Below, one piece after another: positions 56,627 through 64,000 of a stretch of 64,000 nucleotides of DNA (position 1 is its first letter; each line of letters begins with the position of its first letter). The notes below the pieces were generated by a model, which worked only from the letters and a program-made list of their open reading frames with translations, had not been told where the DNA came from and made no database searches. This stretch comes from Candidatus Dormiibacterota bacterium (GTDB lineage Bacteria; Chloroflexota; Dormibacteria; Aeolococcales; Aeolococcaceae), in assembly GCA_963833055.1 (NCBI GenBank), contig CAWHWM010000004.1:135643-199642 (forward strand). Direction: 5' to 3'. Both the position numbers and the translations under genes were made by a program.

Positions 56627-57709
56627 ATGACCGAGCACACCTCAGAGAGCGGCGAAACGCCCCTCTCGTTCAAGAAGGTCGCGGACCCAGCGCACTTCGA
56701 ACGCGCCCCGATGGCGAAGCAGCCGTCGCTCGACGCCGGCGATCCGAACCTTGCCTTCGAGGCCGCTCCGCGTGTGGCCCTGCCACGTCCCACAACGCCT
56801 GATCCCCGCACGCCGGCATCGCCACCAACGCCCACTGCAACCATCCCAGCAGCGCCGCCGCTCGCACCCGCGCCGAGATCGCCGGCATTCGAGGCGGTCC
56901 CCGCCTCACTCGGTGTCGCCCAGCAGCGACTGTCGACACCGACGATCGGCGTCCGCCCCGAACCGCTCGAGCAGGCCGGCCCGGTGAGCCCCGGTGGCAA
57001 CGGCTGGAACATCCGCGGGCGCGATGAGACGGCTGCCCTGAATCGCGGGAAGGCCGAAGGGCTCGACGCCGCGTGGGGGACGAGGACCCTTCCGAATGCG
57101 GACCGCGACCGCTCCGCCTGGGCCGTTCCCGAGGCGCCCCGCAGCCGCAAGCTCTCTGGCAAAGGCATGCTCGGTATCGGACTCACCGCGATCCTCGTGG
57201 CGCTCCTCGGGTTCGCCGGCTACGAGTGGTTCACCGGCCGCAACCACCCGGATCACACCATCACCACACCAACCGCCGTCGGCGCGCTGACCGCCATCCA
57301 CACGCCCGCCACAGCTGCCGTGACGCAGCAGATGCAGCAGGTGATGCAGGAGGACGGCGCCACCCGCGTCGTCAGTGGCGTCTACGGCAAGGCCGGGCGC
57401 GCGATGCTCGTCGTGCTCCTGGCGCAGGGGCCGAACATCGAGAGCAGCACCACGCAGTTCTTCAACGACTTCACGACCGGGCTGAAGACACAGGGTGTCA
57501 CCGTCATCAGCAGCAAGACGGTCAACAAAGCGACCGACGGCAGCGACTTCATCTGCTCACCGGCCACCGGCCCGGCGCCGCTCACCTCGATCTCGCTCTG
57601 CGGCTGGGATGACGGCGACACCATCGAACTCGTCCTCGACGTGACCAGCGACACGGTCACCACGACCCTGAGCGAAGCGACAGCCGCGAGAACCGCCGGC
57701 GAGCACTGA
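56627..57709 (+). CDS. single-pass membrane protein with Pro-rich cytoplasmic region, unknown function
   Basis: ATG at 56627 gives MTEHTSESG.... It has roughly 190 aa of low-complexity Pro/Ala sequence, a TM helix (MLGIGLTAILVALLGFAGY), and a roughly 155-aa extracytoplasmic domain with 2 Cys. The ORF as tracked starts at 56552. Confidence 0.55.
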   Translation: MTEHTSESGETPLSFKKVADPAHFERAPMAKQPSLDAGDPNLAFEAAPRVALPRPTTPDPRTPASPPTPTATIPAAPPLAPAPRSPAFEAVPASLGVAQQRLSTPTIGVRPEPLEQAGPVSPGGNGWNIRGRDETAALNRGKAEGLDAAWGTRTLPNADRDRSAWAVPEAPRSRKLSGKGMLGIGLTAILVALLGFAGYEWFTGRNHPDHTITTPTAVGALTAIHTPATAAVTQQMQQVMQEDGATRVVSGVYGKAGRAMLVVLLAQGPNIESSTTQFFNDFTTGLKTQGVTVISSKTVNKATDGSDFICSPATGPAPLTSISLCGWDDGDTIELVLDVTSDTVTTTLSEATAARTAGEH

Positions 57710-57762
57710 GCGTCGCCCTCGGCGCGAACCGGCGCTGCGTGCAGGGCGACTAGCATGCAAAG

Positions 57763-58593
57763 GTGATCTCCGAGCGCGGCCTCTCCGATCGGCTCGCCGG
57801 CATCGCCGACCGCAGACGGATTGCCGTCATCCAGGTCCGTGGCGCGATCGGTGGCGCTGCGCGCACCGATGACCTCATCCGGACGATCGGTCAGGCGCGC
57901 CGCAACCCGAGGATCCGCGCGGTCCTGCTCGAGATCGACTCGCCCGGTGGCACAGCGATCGCGTCCGAGCAGCTCTACGTCGCTGTTCGGCGGCTCGCTG
58001 CCGGCAAGCCCGTGGTGGCGTGGATCAAGGGCGTCGGCGCCTCAGGCGCGTACTTCCTCGCCTGCGCGGCAACGCGGATCATCGCGTTTCCGAGCGCGCT
58101 TGTCGGGTCGATCGGCGTGATCAGCGTCCGCCCCGTCGTGGTGGACGCGCTCCGGCGCGCCGGTGCGCGCATGGTGGTGACGAAGACGGGTCCCTTCAAG
58201 GACCTTGGCGCTCCGTGGCGCGAACCGACTGAGGAGGACGAGCAGCACGAGCGCGACCTCGTCGATGCAATCTTCAAGCGATTCACCGGCGCGGTTCGCG
58301 CTGCTCGCGGCTATGACGACGACGCGCTGGCTCGGGTGACGACCGGCGACGTCTGGCTCGGCACGCGCGCGGTGGAGCTCGGGTTGATCGACGGTCTCGC
58401 CGACGATGAGGACACGGCGCTCGAGGCTGCACAGGATCTCGCGGCGCTCCCGCATCACCTGACCGTGCGGATGGGTGGCCGGCGATCGGTGCTGCAGCGT
58501 CTCGGCGTCCCGGGCGCCGGTATGGGACCGCCCGGCGAACGCTGGCTCGTCGAGATGGAGAGCTGGCTCGGCACTCCCCGGCTTCGCGCCTGA
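57763..58593 (+). CDS. sppA: signal peptide peptidase SppA, 36K type (peptidase S49)
   Basis: 276 aa with VLLEIDSPGGTAIASEQL and GVGASGAYFLACAATRIIAFPSALVGSIGVI (Ser nucleophile block), plus a downstream Lys region (VVTKTGPFKD). GTG start at 57763. Confidence 0.8.
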   Translation: MISERGLSDRLAGIADRRRIAVIQVRGAIGGAARTDDLIRTIGQARRNPRIRAVLLEIDSPGGTAIASEQLYVAVRRLAAGKPVVAWIKGVGASGAYFLACAATRIIAFPSALVGSIGVISVRPVVVDALRRAGARMVVTKTGPFKDLGAPWREPTEEDEQHERDLVDAIFKRFTGAVRAARGYDDDALARVTTGDVWLGTRAVELGLIDGLADDEDTALEAAQDLAALPHHLTVRMGGRRSVLQRLGVPGAGMGPPGERWLVEMESWLGTPRLRA

Positions 58594-58611
58594 GGGAGCA
58601 GCCGCTTCCGA

Positions 58612-59325
58612 CTACTGACTCGTCGTGCGCCTGCGGTCGAGTGTGAAGAGCACCACCACCGCGATGATCAGGAGCACGGCAAGCACCCCGATGATCGCCA
58701 GCCCGGGAATGCCCCCGCCCGACGCCGGTGGAGTCGTCGATGTGCCGCCCGGCTCGACGATGGCGAACTCACCCAGCTGAGTCGAGGTGACCTCAAAGGT
58801 GTTGCCGCAGCCGGCGTTGAGCGTCGAGAGCGGCTTCCATGACGTGCCGTTGAACCGATCGATGGTCGGCGCCGGGACCGAGGTCAAGCCGCGAAGGATC
58901 ACGAACACCGCAAGCGATGGAGACAGCGGTTCGAGCTCGGTCCCGGAGGCGTTGACGACAGAGAACTTGTAGACGTTGCCCTGGATCATCCCGTTCGTCG
59001 GTTTGGCTGCCGGCGCGGGGACCGGGGTGATGGTGATCGTGACCGGCGTCGAGTTCACGAACGTCCCGGATTCGACGAGGATCTGTGCTTGCGGAGGGGT
59101 CTCGGTCGTGTTCACTCCGGCTGCGGGGAAGGAGCTGGCTTCCGGGAACGTCTGCGTGACCCCTTTCGCAGGCGGGCTGCTGCTCAGCGTCACGTACGGG
59201 TCGGCGATGCACTGCCCGTCGTAGATGGGCGGCGATCCGGACGGCAGGAATCGCCAGACCAGCGTGAGTGCCATCACCGCCACGACCACCACGGCCCAGC
59301 CGCGACGAGCGGTCACAGCAGCCAC
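58612..59325 (-). CDS. secreted/tail-anchored Thr-Pro-rich protein, unknown function
   Basis: It has an N-terminal signal/anchor (GWAVVVVAVMALTLVW), a roughly 170-aa beta-rich domain, a Gly/Thr/Pro linker (EPGGTSTTPPASGGG), and a C-terminal TM helix (IPGLAIIGVLAVLLIIAVVVLF) with tail TLDRRRTTSQ. The start overlaps the CPBP gene by 13 nt. Confidence 0.55.
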   Translation of the reverse strand: MAAVTARRGWAVVVVAVMALTLVWRFLPSGSPPIYDGQCIADPYVTLSSSPPAKGVTQTFPEASSFPAAGVNTTETPPQAQILVESGTFVNSTPVTITITPVPAPAAKPTNGMIQGNVYKFSVVNASGTELEPLSPSLAVFVILRGLTSVPAPTIDRFNGTSWKPLSTLNAGCGNTFEVTSTQLGEFAIVEPGGTSTTPPASGGGIPGLAIIGVLAVLLIIAVVVLFTLDRRRTTSQ

Positions 59326-59909
59326 CCGCCCGCGAGGTCGGCGATCACATGCGCAACGGCCGGAGCCAGCACACCGCCGCTCACGATCCGGAGCCCACCA
59401 AGGAGCAGGCCGGCCGCCAGGTCGAGCGGCAAGGAGCCGATGCCGTAGAGGGGAACGTGCATGGCGGCGAACAGGATCGTCGTCGCGATCAGGGCTCCGG
59501 CGTCACCCGACCAGGTGCGGACGGCGTTGAAGAGCGCGCCCCGAATGGCCACCTCCTCGACCACCGCAACAAGGGTGACCACGGGTGTCCAGAGCGCGAG
59601 CCCCGAATTCAACGGCGCAATATGAATGCCGGGTCCGCTATGCGAGAGGACCCAGGCGCCGACGAGCGCCGCCCCGCCCAATGCCCCGATCGCGACGGCT
59701 GCGATGCGCGGCCGCCCGGGACGCCATCCGGCGGCTGCGGCCACGACCAGCAGCGCGACAGCGAACACCACCCCGGCGGGCATCGAGGCTGCGGTGTCAG
59801 GTGCCCCGACTGCGAAACGAAGTGTCGCGGCGGCAAGGATCCCCGCGAGGCACAGCACCGCGCTTCTCGCTCCCTGGCTGCGAAGCCCGGCCACGATCCC
59901 CACCGGCAA
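59313..59909 (-). CDS. CPBP-family (CAAX/Abi) intramembrane glutamic endopeptidase
   Basis: 198 aa with 5-6 TM helices. It has the three family motifs EEVAIRGALF (E-E-x3-R), FAAMH (F-x3-H) and HVIADL (H-x3-D/N). Confidence 0.8.
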   Translation of the reverse strand: MPVGIVAGLRSQGARSAVLCLAGILAAATLRFAVGAPDTAASMPAGVVFAVALLVVAAAAGWRPGRPRIAAVAIGALGGAALVGAWVLSHSGPGIHIAPLNSGLALWTPVVTLVAVVEEVAIRGALFNAVRTWSGDAGALIATTILFAAMHVPLYGIGSLPLDLAAGLLLGGLRIVSGGVLAPAVAHVIADLAGGWLL

Positions 59910-59933
59910 CGAACGCCCCCGCCGACGTCGGAA

Positions 59934-61466
59934 CTACCTCGCCGGTCCGGGCGCCGCTCGCGCCGGGGCAACCTCGGGTCGTTCCTGCTGCTCGCTCGAT
60001 GCTGCGGTGAGCAGCGGTTCAATCGCTGCCACCGCGAGCGTCGCGGTCTCGAGCGCCGCGGCCTCGAACCCTCCAGGGGCGAAACGCTCGCAGACGACGA
60101 CGGCGACGACACGGTCATCACGAACGACGGGGAGCAGCATCCGCGACGCGGTCTCGATGTTGGACCTGCGCTGCGCGCGATACGACGCGGCCTCTGTGAA
60201 GAGCACCGGCCGGCGGTGGGCGATCACATGCGCGAGCAACCCCTCGGGCAAGCCGGAGGACGCATCGCCTCGTGCCGGCAGGAGATACGCGCGATCCGCT
60301 CCCACCTCATCCGCGAGCCGGCCAAGCCCGCCCTGCACGCCGTGGTCGACTGCGATCGAGGCCCACTTCGACGGGCTGTGATGCAGGTGCGCTCGGTTCA
60401 CGAGACCGTTCAAGAGCATCGCCACCACGGCTGCGGCGAGGCCTGCGAGCACACCTGGGACGCCGATGTCGACGAGCACGGCGAAGGCGCAGAACATGAC
60501 GCACCCGCTCAGGAGCGCGAACTCCAGGTAATGACGCGATCCCTGCCCACCGCGGCGCTGATCACCGAAGGTGAGGCGCCAGTTCAATGCGGTGTTCCAT
60601 GCGGCGCTCAACACAAAGGCGGGGATGAACGCGAGCAGCGGGTTGAGGCCGGCGACGGAGAGGATCGCCAGGACCGGGATGAACACGCACAAGCCGCTGA
60701 AGCCGACGAGCCCGAATTTCCACACGCGGGCCGAGCCCGGGACGTCGAAGAACAGCGACCGGAGGTGGCGCAGGTACAGGAGTCCCTGCTTGGCGGTCGC
60801 CTTGCTCACTCCCTCGGCGCGCTCGGCCTGTGTCACCGGCACATCGACCACGCGCAGATCCGGAACGCAGACGAGCAGCTCCAGGAGGACCTTGAAACCG
60901 ACCGGACGGAACTCGATGCCATCGATGAGCGCGCGCCGGCAGAGGAAATAACCGGACAGCGGGTCCGACGTCTCCCGCGCCTCTTTGAAGAGCAGCCGGG
61001 CCAGCGCGGTGGCTTCGCGGCTGACGAGCCTGCGAACAGGCGTGCCGAGACCCTCATGGCTGCCGCCCGGGGCGTACCGGCTGGCCACCACGAGGTCGGC
61101 GCCGCGCTCGGCCTCGATGAGCAGCGACGGGATCAGCTCCGGCGGGTGCTGGAGGTCGGCGTCCATGACGCAGACATAGCGGCCGCGAGCCATGCGAAGG
61201 CCGGCGACAACAGCGGTGCTCAACCCTCCCGAGCGGTCGGCTCCCTGGCGCAGCAGGCAGCGGACGTTGGCGTTCGCGCTCGCCAGCTCGAGGAGGAGAT
61301 CGCCGGTGTTGTCATCGCTGTCATCGACGAAGCAGATCTCGAACGGGGTGGTGGACAGCGCCGCGGTGACCCGGTCCACCAGGGGCTGGACGTTGTTCGC
61401 CTCGTTGCGCGTCGGGATGACGAGGCTGACGACTGGCGCGCCGCCGCGCGGCCGTTCAGGTGTCAC
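59934..61466 (-). CDS. GT2 polyprenol-phosphate glycosyltransferase fused to a GtrA-like membrane domain and a C-terminal GAF-like domain
   Basis: The GT2/DPM1-like N-terminus reads VSLVIPTRNEANNV...ICFVDDSDDNT...VCVMDADLQHPPE...VVASRY. Four TM helices with the GtrA-type pattern (WKFGLVGFSGLCV...AWNTALNWRLTF) follow. The final roughly 130 aa (ADRAYLLP...MLLPVVRDDRVVAVVVCER...LAVAAIEPLL) look GAF-like, tentatively. Confidence 0.7.
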   Translation of the reverse strand: MTPERPRGGAPVVSLVIPTRNEANNVQPLVDRVTAALSTTPFEICFVDDSDDNTGDLLLELASANANVRCLLRQGADRSGGLSTAVVAGLRMARGRYVCVMDADLQHPPELIPSLLIEAERGADLVVASRYAPGGSHEGLGTPVRRLVSREATALARLLFKEARETSDPLSGYFLCRRALIDGIEFRPVGFKVLLELLVCVPDLRVVDVPVTQAERAEGVSKATAKQGLLYLRHLRSLFFDVPGSARVWKFGLVGFSGLCVFIPVLAILSVAGLNPLLAFIPAFVLSAAWNTALNWRLTFGDQRRGGQGSRHYLEFALLSGCVMFCAFAVLVDIGVPGVLAGLAAAVVAMLLNGLVNRAHLHHSPSKWASIAVDHGVQGGLGRLADEVGADRAYLLPARGDASSGLPEGLLAHVIAHRRPVLFTEAASYRAQRRSNIETASRMLLPVVRDDRVVAVVVCERFAPGGFEAAALETATLAVAAIEPLLTAASSEQQERPEVAPARAAPGPAR

Positions 61467-61527
61467 CGGGACAGGATAAGCGCGGATCCCCGGGGCGGTT
61501 CGCTTGTGACTGATCGGTGTCGGCCGG

Positions 61528-63237
61528 TCAGCCGTGCTGCGGACCGACGTGCCAGATGAGGAATCCGCCGGCCGTGGTCGGCTGCGCGCCGAACACGACG
61601 TCGAAGAGCAGGGTAGTTCCGGGGCTTGCGTCGCTCCCGACCACGACGTCGTCGACGCCGAGGGCGAGAAGCGAGGTGAGGATCACGGTGACGTCCTCCT
61701 GCGAGACGTGCACGAGCGGTTGTGAATAAGAAGTGTCGTACGACGCCGCGATCGAGTGGATCATCTCCTGGAGCGCTTCGACTCCAGGCGCGTACGGCCC
61801 GATGATGTAGCCGCCGATCAAGCGGAATGCGAAGTTGGAGCTGACCTGCCACGCCATCGCGTGTGAGTAGTCGTTGCTCGGGAATGGCTCGAAGAGCACG
61901 GTCTCGCCCGGTCCTATCGGAGCAGGGCTGGTGGACGCGAACGCCGCCGGGGTCGTGATGGACGTTGTCGGCGCCGGCGCGGTAGGCACCAGCGGCAGCA
62001 GCACGATCACCGCCACCGCGAGGTTCAGCAGCGGACTCCGGCGAAGGATCCACAGCAGCCGAAGCGTGAACGCGACGATGATCGCTGCCGCGAGATCGAC
62101 GTACACCATCATGCGATTGGGGAGGATGTCGTCGAGCACCGGGAGGTGCGCCGGGATCCACCACGGCAGGGGTACTGCTGTCAGCACGTGTTTGTCGATG
62201 TTGATGTGCGGACCCAACGAGAGCACCGCGACGATGAGCGCCATCACGCCCGCAGCCCTGATCACTGGGACGCGCCAGAAGCGCACCGTCGCAAGAACCA
62301 GCAGCAGGATGAGTGGAATCCCGAGGTACGCGTCCCATTCAGACGCGTTGCCGCTGAAATGTGAGGACACGTTGAGCGCCGCCTGTGGGCTGATCAACTG
62401 CGCAACCGTCGGCACGATGAAGTTGACGGGATCCGAGACGTAGATATCCGTGCCGTGGAGCGCGCCGGGTGTCACCACGTGGTCTGCGCCGAAGAGCTGC
62501 AACCACGCCGGGAACGCGAGCAACACCACTGCAGGTGCTCCGGCCCATGCGATGGAGCGTGCGACGTATGGGAGGTGCGCGCGAACCACGTCGCGATGCG
62601 TGACGGCCAGCACCACCGCAAGGATCGCGCCGACGATCACCTCGGTGAGCAGGAACTCCTGCGCGATGAAGAACTGCACGATGGCGAGCAACGCCGCCAG
62701 CAGCCCCACCGTGCGCGGCTTCAATCGCTGGCGCACGAGGATCTCGTCTGCAAGCATCAGCGCGAGTGGCGGCGTCACGCCCGCAAGGACCAGGTTGTAG
62801 TGGCCGAGGAGCTGGCCGGTCATGTACGGGGAGAACCCGTAGAGCAACCCGCCGACCGCAGGTGCGACAACACCGCCTGGTATCCAGCGCCGGATGACGA
62901 GAAACGCGAAGAACGACGCGAGCGCAAGGCTCAGCGTGACGACGAGGTCGTAGGTGACCGTCGTCCCGAACAGCGCTGTGACCGGCCAGAGCACCGTCAC
63001 CACAAGGGCGGTCGGTGTGCTCCAGAGAATGTCGGTGCCGGTGGGCTGATTGAGGAAATGCGTGAACAGCGGATCCAGCCCGTGGCTGATGGCGTATGGC
63101 ACCCATGCGATGCCCCACATCTGCTGAATCGGATCCGGTCCCTGACCGACGTATGTGGTTGCCGGCGCGATCCACGCCTTGATGCACAGCAGGACCGCGA
63201 GCAGGAGATACACCACCCCGACCGTCGCCGGGATCAC
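61528..63237 (-). CDS. polytopic membrane protein, probable GT-C-type glycosyltransferase
   Basis: 569 aa. It has roughly 11 TM helices in the first 410 aa with a conserved-looking first loop (GQGPDPIQQMWGIAWVPYAISHGLDP), then a roughly 150-aa soluble C-terminal domain. It is adjacent to a polyprenol-P-sugar synthase. The family assignment is not proven. Confidence 0.5.
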   Translation of the reverse strand: MIPATVGVVYLLLAVLLCIKAWIAPATTYVGQGPDPIQQMWGIAWVPYAISHGLDPLFTHFLNQPTGTDILWSTPTALVVTVLWPVTALFGTTVTYDLVVTLSLALASFFAFLVIRRWIPGGVVAPAVGGLLYGFSPYMTGQLLGHYNLVLAGVTPPLALMLADEILVRQRLKPRTVGLLAALLAIVQFFIAQEFLLTEVIVGAILAVVLAVTHRDVVRAHLPYVARSIAWAGAPAVVLLAFPAWLQLFGADHVVTPGALHGTDIYVSDPVNFIVPTVAQLISPQAALNVSSHFSGNASEWDAYLGIPLILLLVLATVRFWRVPVIRAAGVMALIVAVLSLGPHINIDKHVLTAVPLPWWIPAHLPVLDDILPNRMMVYVDLAAAIIVAFTLRLLWILRRSPLLNLAVAVIVLLPLVPTAPAPTTSITTPAAFASTSPAPIGPGETVLFEPFPSNDYSHAMAWQVSSNFAFRLIGGYIIGPYAPGVEALQEMIHSIAASYDTSYSQPLVHVSQEDVTVILTSLLALGVDDVVVGSDASPGTTLLFDVVFGAQPTTAGGFLIWHVGPQHG

Positions 63238-63281
63238 ACCGCGCCGGCGCCAGAGCGCCTTGAGAGACGTTGCGCCGGCCC

Positions 63282-63833
63282 TCAGATGCTCGCGAGGCTG
63301 AGCACTGCGATCAGGATGAAGAGCAGCACCGCGTCAGGGAGCATCGCGAGCGCCACCGCAACAAATGGGCTGACGTCGAACACCGCGAGCACGGCGAGCG
63401 TTGTGAGCACCAGGAACCAGCCGAGCAGCGGCAACGTCAGCCAGGCGACCACGTACTCGGCCCCGCTGTTGGCGCCGAATGCGGACTCGATCACCGCGAG
63501 GATCGCGTACGCGATCCACGGGATGAACGTGAAGCCGCTCACCGCGAGGTACTGGCGCCACCGACCGGCTTGTCTTGCGAGGCCGGCAGTCGCATCGATG
63601 ATCAACGCGGCGGCTCCCCAGTACACGAGGAAGAGCAGGGGCAGCAACAGCGAAGCCACCGTTCCCGAGCCGCCGCCACCGGCGAGCTGGTTGGCGAGAA
63701 GCCCGAGGACGAGGGACACGATCGCACTGCCCAGAACCGCGGCAAACCCGAATGCGATTCGCGGCGAGGCCGCCAGGGCGGCGAAGGTGCTTCTCGGCCG
63801 CAGGATGACCCCGATCACCGTCACGGGCACCAC
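63282..63833 (-). CDS. Yip1-domain-like integral membrane protein
   Basis: The N-terminus (V)VPVTVIGVILRPRSTFAAL resembles Yip1-domain proteins, followed by 5 TM helices. The ORF is open to 63962, but the upstream 130 nt are AT-richer and contain a palindrome, so GTG 63833 or 63830 is the more likely start. Confidence 0.45.
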   Translation of the reverse strand: MVPVTVIGVILRPRSTFAALAASPRIAFGFAAVLGSAIVSLVLGLLANQLAGGGGSGTVASLLLPLLFLVYWGAAALIIDATAGLARQAGRWRQYLAVSGFTFIPWIAYAILAVIESAFGANSGAEYVVAWLTLPLLGWFLVLTTLAVLAVFDVSPFVAVALAMLPDAVLLFILIAVLSLASI

Positions 63834-63900
63834 GGTAGACGAAGGAACTGCGCTGTGACGTTCTGCCTGGCACTGGCGCCCCGCCCTGCTATACTTGCTT

Positions 63901-63915
63901 AGGTCAATCTGACCT
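63901..63915. promoter_or_regulatory. perfect palindrome AGGTCA-N3-TGACCT upstream of the minus-strand operon
   Basis: AGGTCAATCTGACCT lies in the locally AT-rich stretch 63885-63930, roughly 70 nt upstream of the probable Yip1-like start. Confidence 0.3.
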
Positions 63916-64000
63916 TTATCCACAAACCCCATGCACTTGGGGGACAGGTGGCGGGTGATCACAGCTGAGCGGGACGTAGCGACTGAGGACCGGGCCAGGC

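Noticed and set aside
1-64000. Searched by eye for CRISPR arrays, IS elements/transposases, integrases, phage genes and rRNA
   Set aside because: I saw no short regularly spaced direct repeats, no transposase or integrase-like ORFs, and no rRNA-like sequence. The only sizeable repeats are the DUF11 tandem units and the 46207/52357 duplication.

Overview
High-GC bacterial chromosomal segment. Codon third positions are overwhelmingly G/C, so almost every long antisense ORF in the track is a shadow. The gene content looks Actinomycetota/Chloroflexota-like: an F420/LLM oxidoreductase, an AftD-like GT-C enzyme, a GAAC-N4-GTTC SOS box, and imuA-imuB-dnaE2.

I can support about 50 protein genes, two tRNA-Ser genes and a handful of regulatory sites.

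Layout:
- 0.3-5.2 kb: a secreted BNR-propeller lipoprotein, a frameshifted AAA_14/DUF4143 ATPase, and an ECF sigma/anti-sigma pair.
- 5.2-9.3 kb: housekeeping enzymes flanked by tRNA-Ser(UGA) and tRNA-Ser(GCU).
- 9.3-12.2 kb: a block of truncated and frameshifted gene relics directly 3' of tRNA-Ser(GCU).
- 13.3-17.3 kb: a second ECF sigma/anti-sigma module whose sensor is a BNR propeller.
- 18.9-31.0 kb: a tightly coupled 7-gene envelope-glycan operon (two GT4, an alkaline-phosphatase-like enzyme, a Wzx-like flippase, a Pol-beta nucleotidyltransferase, a 1270-1320-aa AftD-like GT-C, and a 720-aa GT-C-like protein).
- 32.0-39.7 kb: a roughly 2540-aa DUF11-repeat surface protein, divergent from that operon.
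- 39.7-45.1 kb: an aromatic/tyrosine catabolic operon.
- 46.2-56.5 kb: an SOS-controlled imuA-imuB ... dnaE2 mutagenesis cassette.
- 58.6-64.0 kb: a second glycosylation-type operon (Yip1-like protein, GT-C-like protein, GT2-GtrA-GAF fusion, CPBP protease, tail-anchored protein).

The most unusual part is the mutasome cassette:
- The LexA-box promoter and the first codons of imuA are duplicated 6 kb downstream.
- imuB appears to be split into a Y-family core ORF and a stand-alone 82-aa ORF carrying the ImuB C-terminal signature.
- A cyclase-AAA-TPR protein and a RidA homologue lie between the two halves.

Caveat: at least 11 genes are interrupted by single-base indels, and every site I inspected lies in a short run of identical bases. 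These may be sequencing errors or real decay.

I saw no CRISPR array, transposase, integrase or rRNA.
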